DNA from: a bacterium | GTDB lineage: Bacteria > UBA10199 > 2-02-FULL-50-16 > JAJFLM01 | Length of the DNA stretch: 64,000 nt | NCBI GenBank assembly: GCA_965216315.1 | Contig: CBDCFN010000015.1 | Location: forward strand, 128,001-192,000 | Direction of reading: 5' to 3' | Part shown: positions 46,501-55,635 of the stretch, piece after piece | Numbering within the stretch: the first letter of the stretch is position 1 | How the letters are laid out: each line of letters begins with the position of its first letter | The notes under the pieces: generated by a model | Databases searched by the model: none | Told to the model about the DNA's origin: nothing | What the model saw: the letters and a program-made list of their open reading frames with translations, nothing else | Position numbers and translations under genes: made by a program

Positions 46501-49201
46501 TCCAGAGCCCCTCCCCACTTAAGTTCTGTTCCAAGATTTCGAGAAACGAATACGCCTCATCCCCCCACAAAGGCCGGAGTTGACCGAGTGTACTGTCGAG
46601 AACGATGTTTTCCGTTACCGCCGCGCCGACATCCGCCAAGACATTCATGGTCCGCACGCCAAACTCGGCACCATTATAAAGTCGGCGCAACCAAAAAGTA
46701 TCGGCCGAGAAACCCATCCTTGCCAAATCATCCGCCCACATCATGAAGGGACGACCGACGAGATCGAGGGCTCCAAAGAGCCCGATCGACTGGACATAGC
46801 CAAAGCCAAAGCTCAAGGCGTGTTGCCCACCGGTTCTCTCTAAGTCAATGCGCCGCTCGCCGTGCGCCAGTGAATCAATCACAATCGCGGAACTTTCAAA
46901 GAGCGTCCCCATTTGAAACGCGTTGTAGGCATAACCGCCGATACTCAAACCACCAGTCGCATTGAGACCACGGGTTGTCCCCAAGATCGCTCGGAGGCGC
47001 GTCATCGCGGTGGCCGTCTGGGTTACTTGCGCCGTCTCATGAAAGGTGACCCAATAACGCCCTAACGACGTCCCGACGCGCGAAGCGACAGCTCCAACCC
47101 CGAAGGTGACAACGACCATCGCCGTCGTCTCGATCAGGCGGACCATCGCATCGCGGCCCTCATTCATTTCGAGGATCTGATTGACCATGCCGTCGTAGTA
47201 GTCATCGTCGGGATCACCGTTGCCGAGTAGATCCTGAAAAAAGACTTCCTCGGATCCGAAGCGATCCGCCATGACCGCGATGTCATGATCCGCCTCAAGG
47301 AAGGCCGCTTCGATCTCCTCCGGAGTCCGCGCATCGGCCAGATCATTCAAGGCACTGTCGAGATGATTCAGCCGCGAATAACACTCTTCGCCGAAGGCAC
47401 GCAGATAGGCCAATGATTCATCTTCCAAAAAGATCTCATCCCAATCGATGAGATTGACGTTATGGTACTGACCGACGATTTCGCGGACGTCCCAGAGCGT
47501 GTTCATGCGATCGACGATCGAGGCCATGCGTAAGATCCGGTTGAATTCTGCGGTCATCGCCTCAAAATCATTCGGATCCGCACTTAAGAATTGTTCGAAG
47601 GCCTCTCCAACCGGCCGGTCAAAATAAGCTGCCATCGCATACGCATGATCGCCATGACTTGTGTCTTGTGGAGGGAGTCCGGCCAACATGGCCTCACGTC
47701 CGTAGATCGAGTCCAACGTTTCAATCATGCTTTGATGAACGAATTCATTGTATGGCGTCGCCAAACTCGAAAAATCAATTTCACCCGCACTCCCTAAGGC
47801 GACGGAACAATCCCTTTGAAGCTGGGTAATCTCACTGGATCCGGCACGATGAGGCTCGAGCGCAACGATGCTGGCAAACAGCGCCACGTCCTGCACACTC
47901 ATTTCGTCGGCGTACTGTTCGGCAAGGAAATCGATAGCGCAATTAATCGGTTCGCGCCACTGGCCGTTCGATTGACGTTCGCGCCAGTCGGCAGGTCGAT
48001 ACACATCTTGAGCATAGTGAACGAGCCAGGCACTGGTCTGAACTTCGAGCTCCGCAAGAACTTCCGGATCTTCCTCGACAAGGGCTAACTGAAGTTGATT
48101 GCGCAACATCGTCAACTCACGTCGTCGCTGCGAATTACCGATCCCATACAATTCAATTATGTTCAGTGATGCGATCAATACCTCGGCTTCGTTTTCAGAT
48201 TCTTGATAATTACTGATCACATCAATCTGGGCGCGCACCAGCGCCGTCAACGTGACATCTTCGTGCATATCATCCCAGTCCTCCCGACGCCGTTTCGTCT
48301 CATGAATATCGAGCACATTCTCAAGATAGGCGAGGGCGACGTAGTTTTCACCGACGTGGGGAATGCTCAGCTGTCTCGTCAGCTCATCGATGCGATCCAA
48401 ATCTTGATAGCTCAAAGGTTGATTGACGCGCACAACCTGCTGGAGCAGGCCCCGGGACTCGGAAGCTATATAATTAAAACGGAAGCGTTCGTCAGCACTA
48501 ACCGAAGGATTGTCTGTCAGGGCCTCATAAAGGAAAGGATGAGCCTCACGAACGGCCGATATGACATCCGATTCGGGATCCAACCCGCTTAACTGATCAC
48601 TATAAGTAGCGGCCGTATGAATATAGGGTTCACTAGCTTCGGCATAGGCTGCAATTGACTCGAGCATCGCACGATGGGCTTCCATTGATTCCTCGTTACC
48701 CAAGGCCGCCTGTAATTCACGCATTAGGCGCGTAGGAACTCCCTCAGCCAGCAATCCATTCTCCAAGGCATAAAGTTGTTCGGTCTCAAACCACAGCTGT
48801 AATTCAAGCTCTAATTGTGCTCTCAGTATTTCTATATCCGCACCCGACTCAAGCTCTGAGCGACCACGGGCGACGATCGTGCTTAGCACGATCGCGCCCG
48901 CTTCGCTCAATGGGCACTCCGGGAATAGTGCGCAAAGAGCTTCCAATTCATTAAGAAGTTCTTCCAGCGATTCCGCTGACACTGTGCCGGCTGTCTCGAT
49001 ACGATCGCGCTCCGCAAACAAACTCGTTTGATGCTGCAGGGCCGTTGTCGCATCGACATCAAAAACCGTTACCTCATCAGGCTCAAAAGTGACGACTTCG
49101 ACCGGCACGTCCGGCGTCGTAGAAGTTGTTGTCTCTTCCGACGTCAGTAACGAATCCGGCATCGGACCTAAATGTGTTGTGATGGATGAAAACCAAGTCA
49201 T
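43523..49201 (-). CDS. Giant acidic multidomain protein (hydrophobic core, GNAT-like, FHA-like, protein-kinase-like)
   Basis: 1892-aa ORF; LHDIGVFHNDVSPANV..LIDFGES; GTLTING..LMEGDTILIG; HQQNGVFSSL. Confidence 0.8.
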   Translation of the reverse strand: MTWFSSITTHLGPMPDSLLTSEETTTSTTPDVPVEVVTFEPDEVTVFDVDATTALQHQTSLFAERDRIETAGTVSAESLEELLNELEALCALFPECPLSEAGAIVLSTIVARGRSELESGADIEILRAQLELELQLWFETEQLYALENGLLAEGVPTRLMRELQAALGNEESMEAHRAMLESIAAYAEASEPYIHTAATYSDQLSGLDPESDVISAVREAHPFLYEALTDNPSVSADERFRFNYIASESRGLLQQVVRVNQPLSYQDLDRIDELTRQLSIPHVGENYVALAYLENVLDIHETKRRREDWDDMHEDVTLTALVRAQIDVISNYQESENEAEVLIASLNIIELYGIGNSQRRRELTMLRNQLQLALVEEDPEVLAELEVQTSAWLVHYAQDVYRPADWRERQSNGQWREPINCAIDFLAEQYADEMSVQDVALFASIVALEPHRAGSSEITQLQRDCSVALGSAGEIDFSSLATPYNEFVHQSMIETLDSIYGREAMLAGLPPQDTSHGDHAYAMAAYFDRPVGEAFEQFLSADPNDFEAMTAEFNRILRMASIVDRMNTLWDVREIVGQYHNVNLIDWDEIFLEDESLAYLRAFGEECYSRLNHLDSALNDLADARTPEEIEAAFLEADHDIAVMADRFGSEEVFFQDLLGNGDPDDDYYDGMVNQILEMNEGRDAMVRLIETTAMVVVTFGVGAVASRVGTSLGRYWVTFHETAQVTQTATAMTRLRAILGTTRGLNATGGLSIGGYAYNAFQMGTLFESSAIVIDSLAHGERRIDLERTGGQHALSFGFGYVQSIGLFGALDLVGRPFMMWADDLARMGFSADTFWLRRLYNGAEFGVRTMNVLADVGAAVTENIVLDSTLGQLRPLWGDEAYSFLEILEQNLSGEGLWNHFMTVGLIRAGGLMNSGSLVRRPRQENVVPELTPIIEFDHWLEMTTLPDFNLAEAGPGQQAMTCLVPLAGVLATVFDGGLSMAMAIFGSDDGSGIYYGYEDADPMSDRNQRENRHAREIARRAQRILRDEYGIDISADVLRTEYYHADNGGVAGEFKTGQNGRRNHGDLGNIEAQVQALVDAALPVHRNSPSLGAVVDQLIDRHDSVSLSMLPDWSRQRFIEQERSRLTDEISGLLVEAEVNSYDLLSPDVRTEFERRWAERVTDYLSRSDVWLIISDSPQGRYEFALTRLFQDQWSSSELASVLGEGFTREILGIQPEADFYIDRYAAEPLGPGQYRLLAFRANEQIGSFMYQVEADGGVRIIGASTVDGHQQNGVFSSLFQIATANAPYIITKVANPETDAALREAMAEGHSLEEAFLATPLGKARTRSGFNQHEITFVDRGNGIFHVTSTRMDQARPIPIEADGSILEGIRYEIDDGEMWVQATEGTLTINGRERTDGQDYSLMEGDTILIGDTYYARILGELRPVQLAPDDAPRLYPTQHENFYTGDLRDNGDGNQTKIALPTALNFEQNALAWIQFNGMEGFTPALIGRVRPDALIISRVPGESLDRLTVEERAEIPTEAWDRFADNLSQLHDIGVFHNDVSPANVVWDGVELRLIDFGESRTRRDLLDEASRIMAADDLRRAEEMQAAIEAGGTGYHIHPTRGDEAKTAMSLHDAVDIPVEPISMQEPEVTPVIAMDAVAIRPVEAATEVTVVEGKGVRNEEALVDDNNFWVSELSRVETYANHIISRYQHAPERYVELRQPIEQLANLMSEFMRVRDVDDEASTPETRESLESYYLRELLPVFNVIWTPEFRAREEARRNEANERDAQLLNLNLTLGGLMLASRDNNGQAALTYHIDSEASTVQLQLTTESGSVPYIFSFEGTGSEPTMPDLIARQELELQLDLARHLVELGFGVERLTEVFGTDGIQALYDTGILLPRTGTMD

Positions 49202-49230
49202 ATCGCACCGCCCTTTAGGCCCCTACTAGA

Positions 49231-49245
49231 GCAATTGGCGTACCA
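49231..49245 (-). promoter_or_regulatory. sigma54 -24/-12 promoter
   Basis: TGGTAC-gccaa-TTGC; IHF-like box at 49282-49302. Confidence 0.72.
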
Positions 49246-49411
49246 ACTCAGGCCCTCAATGGTGGTCGGGTAAACTTTTTTTAACTTATTAATATTATTG
49301 AGTTTTTAAGGAATTATGGAGCGCTCCACTCGACCGCGCCTACCGCTGCTTGGGGACAAGAAGGGGGCTTTTGAGGACTTTCAATTCCAGCTTTAAATAA
49401 AAACTGTCTAT

Positions 49412-49981
49412 TTAATTATACACTAAATTCCGAGCAATATAGGCAACCACAGAAGACGGTAAGAGGGCCTCCGGCCCGCGTTTTCCTTGTCCGTGTCCCC
49501 GGTATTGCGTACTCGAAACATTGGGAATTGCCGACTGAGGCCCGCGGGGGAAGACAATAAGGTCCGTAAGTTGTTCGATCGTCTTAAAATCCTTCCACTG
49601 GGCGCGCGCTTTATAGCTGTCCGCCCCGACGACGAGCATAAAGCGCGTCCCCGGATAACGTTGGGTCAGATGTTTCAAGGTCCGCACCGTATAACTCGTC
49701 CCTTTGAGGTCGGACTCGGTTTTCTTCACGGTCACTCGCGGCGAAAGATTGGAGAAAGCCAAGCGACACATATGAAAACGGGCCTGATAGGGAGCCATGT
49801 CCTTGGCAAAGGGATGGCGGTAGACAGGCACGATCCAAACCTGATCAATCTCTTTGTTTTTAAGTAAGGCCCGAACCATGGCAACGTGGCCCTTGTGGGG
49901 CGGGTTGAAGGCGCCGCCGAAGAGGGCGATGGTACGGCGTTTGAGCTTATCGTCAGGGCTTTTCTTGCGAATAATTCTCAT
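49412..49981 (-). CDS. nadD: Nicotinate-nucleotide adenylyltransferase
   Basis: FGGAFNPPHKGH, SYT, GAD, VSST. Confidence 0.9.
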   Translation of the reverse strand: MRIIRKKSPDDKLKRRTIALFGGAFNPPHKGHVAMVRALLKNKEIDQVWIVPVYRHPFAKDMAPYQARFHMCRLAFSNLSPRVTVKKTESDLKGTSYTVRTLKHLTQRYPGTRFMLVVGADSYKARAQWKDFKTIEQLTDLIVFPRGPQSAIPNVSSTQYRGHGQGKRGPEALLPSSVVAYIARNLVYN

Positions 49982-50005
49982 TAGTAATACTTTCTAGCCT
50001 TCATC

Positions 50006-50887
50006 ATGAAAATCAAAAGCGCCCTCATCGTCTATAAAAAAAGCAGCTACCAAAAAATGGTGCTCGAAGAGAAGTCTTCTTATTACAACCGTCTGGTCCG
50101 CGAAAACAACATCAGCGTACGTCAGTGGAAACAACTTCACAAGGAGCATCTCGCGACGATCAAACGGGTCGAAGCCTGTCTCCAGGAACACGGTATTCCC
50201 TTTAAGGCCTACAATCGCTTTAAAATCCGCCTGCCGGTCAAGGCAGACCTCATCATCACCGTCGGGGGCGACGGAACTTTTTTAGAGTCCTCTCATTACG
50301 CCACCAATCAAATTCTCTTTGGCGTCAACTCGACTCCAACGAGCAGTGTCGGTCACTTTACCGCCGTTCATGGGGTTGGCTTTGAAAAAAAGTTTAAACA
50401 ATTCCTCGCCGGACGTGCCCGGTTAAAAACACTCCAGCGCCTCCAAGCCCATTGTGGACGGACTAAACTGGGACCTCCGGTACTCAATGAGATTCTCTTT
50501 ACCAGTCGCAACGCCGGGGCCACATCCCGCTACTGGATGCGCGTCAATAAAGGCGCGCGCAAGGGGCGCTTCGAGGAACAGAAAAGCTCAGGCATCTGGG
50601 TCTCAACGCCTTCCGGCAGCACCGCCGCGATTCATTCCGCGGGGGGCAAACGCCTGCCGATGGAAGCCAACAAATTTTCCTATCGTATCCGCGAACTCTA
50701 CAAACAACGCGGCATCAAGCACCTCTATCGCAGCGACGTGTTGGGGCCGAAGGACGCGATCCAACTGACTGCCAAGATGGACGACGGGGCCCTTTTTATC
50801 GATGGGTCTCACGTGATCATTAAGGTAAGACGGGGGGAGACCTTGACGTTCAAGCTATCGACTAAACCGTTGCGTATCGTCGCCTAG
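50006..50887 (+). CDS. nadK: NAD(H) kinase
   Basis: GGDGTFL, LNE, STPSGSTA, SAGG. Confidence 0.88.
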   Translation: MKIKSALIVYKKSSYQKMVLEEKSSYYNRLVRENNISVRQWKQLHKEHLATIKRVEACLQEHGIPFKAYNRFKIRLPVKADLIITVGGDGTFLESSHYATNQILFGVNSTPTSSVGHFTAVHGVGFEKKFKQFLAGRARLKTLQRLQAHCGRTKLGPPVLNEILFTSRNAGATSRYWMRVNKGARKGRFEEQKSSGIWVSTPSGSTAAIHSAGGKRLPMEANKFSYRIRELYKQRGIKHLYRSDVLGPKDAIQLTAKMDDGALFIDGSHVIIKVRRGETLTFKLSTKPLRIVA

Positions 50888-51693
50888 CGTCCCAATATTG
50901 TCAGGATTTCCGTCGCAGCCTCTTCGATGGCCTTATTGGTCATACTCACGACTGGGATATTGCCGAGCTGACTGAAGACACGGCGCTGAAAAGCCAGCTC
51001 TTCTTTAATGTAGTCAAGGTCCGCATAATCTTCATTGAGCGGGCGCCCGAGTTTCTGCAGGCGTGACGAGCGTAGATTAACCATCTTTTCCGCATCAATC
51101 ACCAAGCCGACCATCTTTTGCTTGTCGACATTTTTCAACTGCGCGGGCGGTTCCACGCCCATAACAAGGGGAACATTGGCCACCTTATACCCGCGATAGG
51201 CCAGATAGACCGACAACGGTGTTTTGGAAGTGCGCGAAATACCCAATAAAATAATATCGGCTTCATTAAGGGAATCAAGGCCTTGCCCATCATCGTGCTT
51301 CACCGTGTAGGTCATCATCTCGGTCCGTTTGAGATAGTCGCCCGTCATTTGATACTGCATGCCGGGTTGATCCGACGGAGCCAAATGCGCCTTATGTTCG
51401 ATGAGATCCATGACGGGTCCCATCACATCAACCGCCCTCACCCCTTGGGCCTTGGCCTCATCCAAGAGAACCTGCCTGAGTTCCGCGGAAACCAGCGTGT
51501 AAACGATGATGGCACCCGCCTCTTTAGCGGCTTTGACGACTTCGGTAACTTTTTCTTCGGTATTAACGATGGCCCGACGTTCAATATTGGAATTGAGATC
51601 CGGAAACTGACGCACCGCCGCTACGGTAATATTTACCGCTAAATCTCCGGTCGCATCCGATACGGCATAGATGATCATCTGCTCTGGCTGCAT
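50884..51693 (-). CDS. PEP synthase/PPDK regulatory kinase-pyrophosphorylase (PDRP/PpsR family)
   Basis: SDATG, HDDG, GISRTSKTPLS, ANVP, IEE. Confidence 0.93.
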   Translation of the reverse strand: MQPEQMIIYAVSDATGDLAVNITVAAVRQFPDLNSNIERRAIVNTEEKVTEVVKAAKEAGAIIVYTLVSAELRQVLLDEAKAQGVRAVDVMGPVMDLIEHKAHLAPSDQPGMQYQMTGDYLKRTEMMTYTVKHDDGQGLDSLNEADIILLGISRTSKTPLSVYLAYRGYKVANVPLVMGVEPPAQLKNVDKQKMVGLVIDAEKMVNLRSSRLQKLGRPLNEDYADLDYIKEELAFQRRVFSQLGNIPVVSMTNKAIEEAATEILTILGR

Positions 51694-51695
51694 CG

Positions 51696-52766
51696 TTACG
51701 AAATCACTTCCTTTAATTGAGGCGATCCTTCCTTGTTCGGAACATCCAAGGCCTGCAGCCTGTCATGAAAACGAGCGAGACGTTTGTCGGAGTTTTCATA
51801 GCTGGAACGCGCATGATTAAGATGAGTTCCAATCTTAGCAAAATCCTGTTCAAAGGTCTTAAAATCAATCTTGAGACGCGCAAGATTCGCCATAATCTCG
51901 TGAATGCTTTCTTCGATCTTGAAACCGCGCAGCCCTAACAGAATCGTATTTAAGTAGGCATAAAAATTATTCGGCGAAATCGGAACAACCCGTCGGCTCA
52001 AGGCGTAGGTCGAAAGGGCCTTATCGCCTCCAAACTCGTCATCCTTAATGATGGTTTCATAATAAACATTTTCCGCCGGAATATACATGAGCGCGAAATC
52101 AAAAGTCCCTTCATCGGGACGAATATATTTATTGGCAATCGCATCGACATGTTTTTTGACATCCGTCCGAAACAGCCGATGGGCCGTCTTTTTCTCAGAC
52201 TCGTTCTCGGCGCTACAAAACTTACGAAAGTTTTCGAGCGGAAACTTGGAATCGATGGGCACCAAATGATCCCCTAATTTCACCACAGCGTCCACGGCTT
52301 CCCCGTTTTTAAAACGATGCTGCAAGGTAAAATGTTCCATCGGCATCACCTGCGCCAGCAAATCCCCCAAGAATAATTCGCCGAGTGATCCTCTCAATTT
52401 GGGCGCCTTCAAAATTTCCTGTAACGAAGCAATATCGCGACCGACCTCAAAAATACGGTCATTCGCCGCTTCCATCTTGCCGAGACGGCTCTGTACTTCA
52501 CCAATGACGCGAGCCGCATTATCGAGTCGTGTTCCGACTTGTTGTTGTGAGGTCTGCATCACGTCGATGTTCTTCTGGAGATGTTGATTGATGACTTTAT
52601 TGAGTTCCGAAACTTGGTCCTGCATTTCTTTGCGAAGGCCACCAAACTGATCTTGCAACGCCAGCAGTGAAGTCTCCGCGGCATCATTTTTGCGGCGCAG
52701 CGCGACAACAGCCAAAATACCGATGGCCAGGCAGGCGATTCCAAATAATATCCAGGGTAAGGGCAT
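51696..52766 (-). CDS. rmuC: RmuC family protein
   Basis: KLRGSLGE, IDSKFP, KYI, DFALMYIPAE. Confidence 0.92.
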   Translation of the reverse strand: MPLPWILFGIACLAIGILAVVALRRKNDAAETSLLALQDQFGGLRKEMQDQVSELNKVINQHLQKNIDVMQTSQQQVGTRLDNAARVIGEVQSRLGKMEAANDRIFEVGRDIASLQEILKAPKLRGSLGELFLGDLLAQVMPMEHFTLQHRFKNGEAVDAVVKLGDHLVPIDSKFPLENFRKFCSAENESEKKTAHRLFRTDVKKHVDAIANKYIRPDEGTFDFALMYIPAENVYYETIIKDDEFGGDKALSTYALSRRVVPISPNNFYAYLNTILLGLRGFKIEESIHEIMANLARLKIDFKTFEQDFAKIGTHLNHARSSYENSDKRLARFHDRLQALDVPNKEGSPQLKEVIS

Positions 52767-52863
52767 GGAAAAGGCATCATAGCAGGGCCGGCTTGATTTG
52801 CAACCAAAGGGGGATTAGGGAGGATTGGCGAGACTTTTTGGCTAATTTTGCAACTATATAGAT

Positions 52864-53115
52864 ATGCCCCAGGTTAAAATCTACACGACTGATTACTGCG
52901 GTTTCTGTAATGCCGCCAAACGGCTGCTGGAAGCCAACCAGATTCCATTTGAGCAAATCCATCTCCAAGCGAGGTCAGAGTTGGATGCCCTGATCGCCAA
53001 AACGGGTCACTCAACACTGCCGCAGATTTTTATCGATGATGAACTAATCGGGGGTTTTCAGGAATTAAGGGAGCTGGACCAAAACGGGGAACTCAAGAAA
53101 AAACTGGGGGTTTAG
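52864..53115 (+). CDS. grxC: Glutaredoxin 3-like
   Basis: CGFC, TLPQIFI, IGG. Confidence 0.88.
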   Translation: MPQVKIYTTDYCGFCNAAKRLLEANQIPFEQIHLQARSELDALIAKTGHSTLPQIFIDDELIGGFQELRELDQNGELKKKLGV

Positions 53116-53549
53116 ACCCGGCCGCGACTACGAAGCGACAGGAGTTTGAGGTCATTTTGCAAATCAGCGCTGTCGGTATCCGTGGGAGCCTCCGGGGTAT
53201 AAGTCGGGGCTTCGGCACCGCGATTTTGGCCACCATTTTCAATAAAACGGCGATACTGAGCATGGGTGGCGATAGAAACGGCATCACCTCGATCTAATTC
53301 CCGATCATTGTCAGCATCCGTCCGCGAACTATTGATGATCTTCACTTCACCGTCAGAGGTCGAAACCGTCTGAAAGTCATGCTCATAATGCTCCAGCTTA
53401 TAGGAGACGCGACGCGACGCATCGGCCGAGTGCATGGTGCGAGCAACGGCCGAAGGCGCCCGTTCCGGACGGTCCCTACGGACCTCAGGGGTCTCGCGAA
53501 CTTCCGGGCGCTGCTGGACGCTCTGATTTTGGACATGATGTTCCGACAT
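53112..53549 (-). CDS. Hypothetical hydrophilic protein, sigma54-promoted
   Basis: 145-aa ORF; SD GAGG; sigma54 site at 53573-53587. Confidence 0.68.
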   Translation of the reverse strand: MSEHHVQNQSVQQRPEVRETPEVRRDRPERAPSAVARTMHSADASRRVSYKLEHYEHDFQTVSTSDGEVKIINSSRTDADNDRELDRGDAVSIATHAQYRRFIENGGQNRGAEAPTYTPEAPTDTDSADLQNDLKLLSLRSRGRV

Positions 53550-53572
53550 AAAATTCCTCAGCCTCTATAATA

Positions 53573-53587
53573 GCAAGTCCCGTGCCA
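53573..53587 (-). promoter_or_regulatory. sigma54 -24/-12 promoter
   Basis: TGGCAC-gggac-TTGC; IHF-like box at 53625-53645; a CAAC-N17-CGATAA motif also lies at 53652-53678. Confidence 0.8.
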
Positions 53588-53737
53588 ACTAGGCCCATAC
53601 TGGCATTTGATGCCAAAATAACTATAACTTACTAAAATTACTGACCTTTTATTATCGACCTCAGGAGGGGTTGGGTTGCGGCTCCCGGGTCCGTCATCCG
53701 GGCTTGGGGGTCTTACCCCCCATCTTGGTGCCTCGAC

Positions 53738-54796
53738 TCAGGAGCCTAACTGGGCGAGCTTATTCGCTAAATCTCCGACCGCCGCGCCGGAGACCTCAAC
53801 TTGGGACGCGAAGGTTTCGAGCTGAACCATGAGCTTGGCAACCCGGGGCACCGCACTTTCGAGCGCCTGTCTCAGCTCGGCATCCGCAGCGACCTCCTGC
53901 TGAAGCACTTCAATCGTCTCCCGCTGCCGGGCTTCGTCATGACAGAGCAGGATGATATCGCATCCCGCCTTCAAGGCCGCACACGCCGCCATCGGAACCG
54001 CAGCGGCTTCGGGGGCGATCCCTTTCATGAAGAGATCATCGCTGAAGAGAACCCCCTCAAAACCCAACTCCTCTCGGAGCAGGTCCCGATTCAACTGGGA
54101 CGAAAGGGTCCCGCACCACGTCGGATCCCAAGCAGAGTATAAGACATGGGCCGTCATTAAAGTCGGAATCCCGGCAGCAATCGCCCGTTGAAACGGAACC
54201 AATTCACGGGCCCTCATTGTAGCGACGTCCGTCCCTACACACGGCAAGGTTAGGTGAGAATCTTCCCGCGTATCCCCATGCCCGGGAAAATGTTTCCCAC
54301 AACTAATGACACCACCCGCTGCAAAGCCGCGCATCATTGCAATGGCCACTGCCGCAACAATTTCGGGGTCGCCATGAAACGCACGATCTCCGATAATCGG
54401 ATTCTCCGCGCAACTATCGACATCCAAAACCGGAGCATAGTTGAGATTAAACCCCACCGCCTTTAATTCCACGGCAATCAGTCGCGCGATTTCCGTGATC
54501 AATTCCGTGTCTTGCGTCCGCTCATAATACTGTCCGAACAAACGCGCCGGCGGGATTTTCGTAAAAGGTTCCTCTAAGCGAAATACGCGGCCGCCCTCAT
54601 GATCGACGCTCACAATGAGCGGCCCCCCACGTGCTTGCTTCAGGGTCTGGATCAGTTCGGCTAATTGGGTCGGGTTGACTATATTGCGTTTAAACAGGAT
54701 CACCCCGGCGATTTCTTCTTCGCTGAGCAGACGCAAAAAATCATCATCCGGTTGAGTCCCTTCAAAACCGAGAATGAGGTGTGGTCCGAGTTTCAT
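53738..54796 (-). CDS. nagZ: Beta-N-acetylhexosaminidase (GH3)
   Basis: DHEGGRV, KHFPGHGDTREDSH, SDDL. Confidence 0.95.
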   Translation of the reverse strand: MKLGPHLILGFEGTQPDDDFLRLLSEEEIAGVILFKRNIVNPTQLAELIQTLKQARGGPLIVSVDHEGGRVFRLEEPFTKIPPARLFGQYYERTQDTELITEIARLIAVELKAVGFNLNYAPVLDVDSCAENPIIGDRAFHGDPEIVAAVAIAMMRGFAAGGVISCGKHFPGHGDTREDSHLTLPCVGTDVATMRARELVPFQRAIAAGIPTLMTAHVLYSAWDPTWCGTLSSQLNRDLLREELGFEGVLFSDDLFMKGIAPEAAAVPMAACAALKAGCDIILLCHDEARQRETIEVLQQEVAADAELRQALESAVPRVAKLMVQLETFASQVEVSGAAVGDLANKLAQLGS

Positions 54797-54802
54797 CTTC
54801 TA

Positions 54803-55627
54803 TTACGCCTCATCTATTATAGATCGTCTCACATCAAGACGATCTCTTAAACCATCCCCAACCATGTGAAAGACGATGATGGTCACCATGATTGCCAAAC
54901 CGGGAAAAATGGAGAGGTGCGGCGCCACTAAAAGAAACTGCACTCCCTGGTCGAGAAGGCGGCCCCAACTGGGAACATGCGGCGGCACTCCTAAACCCAA
55001 AAAGGACAGCGTTGATTCCGCAATAATCACGCCGGCCATCCCAAAGCTGGCCTGCACCAACAACGGCCCGGCCAGGTTAGGAATAAAATAGCGGATTAAT
55101 AAGCGTGGAAAGCGGCAGCCGACTACTTGGGCCGCACGCACATAATCACGTTCTTTAATGGCCATGACCTGGCCACGCACCAAGCGTGCAAAACTGACCC
55201 AACCGACGACCGATAAAATCACGACAACCTGGAGAATGGAGGTCTGCGACTGAAAGGCCGCCAGGGCAATCACCAACAGAATAGAGGGGAAGGCCAACAA
55301 AACATCCGTCACAAAAATGAAGAATTCGTCGATGCGGCCCCCATAATAGGCGGCAATCGACCCAATGATCGTCCCGACGGCTGCCGTCAGCAGAATCGTC
55401 ATCACGCTGATCACCAAGGAAACTCGGGCCCCTAACAGAACTAACGTCAGGAGATCCCGACCGTCTTCGTCATACCCAAAAAGATGGCCGCGACTCGGAC
55501 CTAACAAGGAATCCGCCAGTGAAAAATCCGTCGCACTCACACCCGTGAGCCAAGGACCCACGACGGCAAAAACCGCTAACGTGGCGATACCAATGAAGCC
55601 CCATTTCAAGCGGGAGAAAGATTTCAT
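54803..55627 (-). CDS. Peptide ABC transporter permease (DppC/OppC-like)
   Basis: GYDEDGRD, ARLVRGQ, LSFLGLG, GDGLRD. Confidence 0.92.
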   Translation of the reverse strand: MKSFSRLKWGFIGIATLAVFAVVGPWLTGVSATDFSLADSLLGPSRGHLFGYDEDGRDLLTLVLLGARVSLVISVMTILLTAAVGTIIGSIAAYYGGRIDEFFIFVTDVLLAFPSILLVIALAAFQSQTSILQVVVILSVVGWVSFARLVRGQVMAIKERDYVRAAQVVGCRFPRLLIRYFIPNLAGPLLVQASFGMAGVIIAESTLSFLGLGVPPHVPSWGRLLDQGVQFLLVAPHLSIFPGLAIMVTIIVFHMVGDGLRDRLDVRRSIIDEA

Positions 55628-55635
55628 AACAAATT

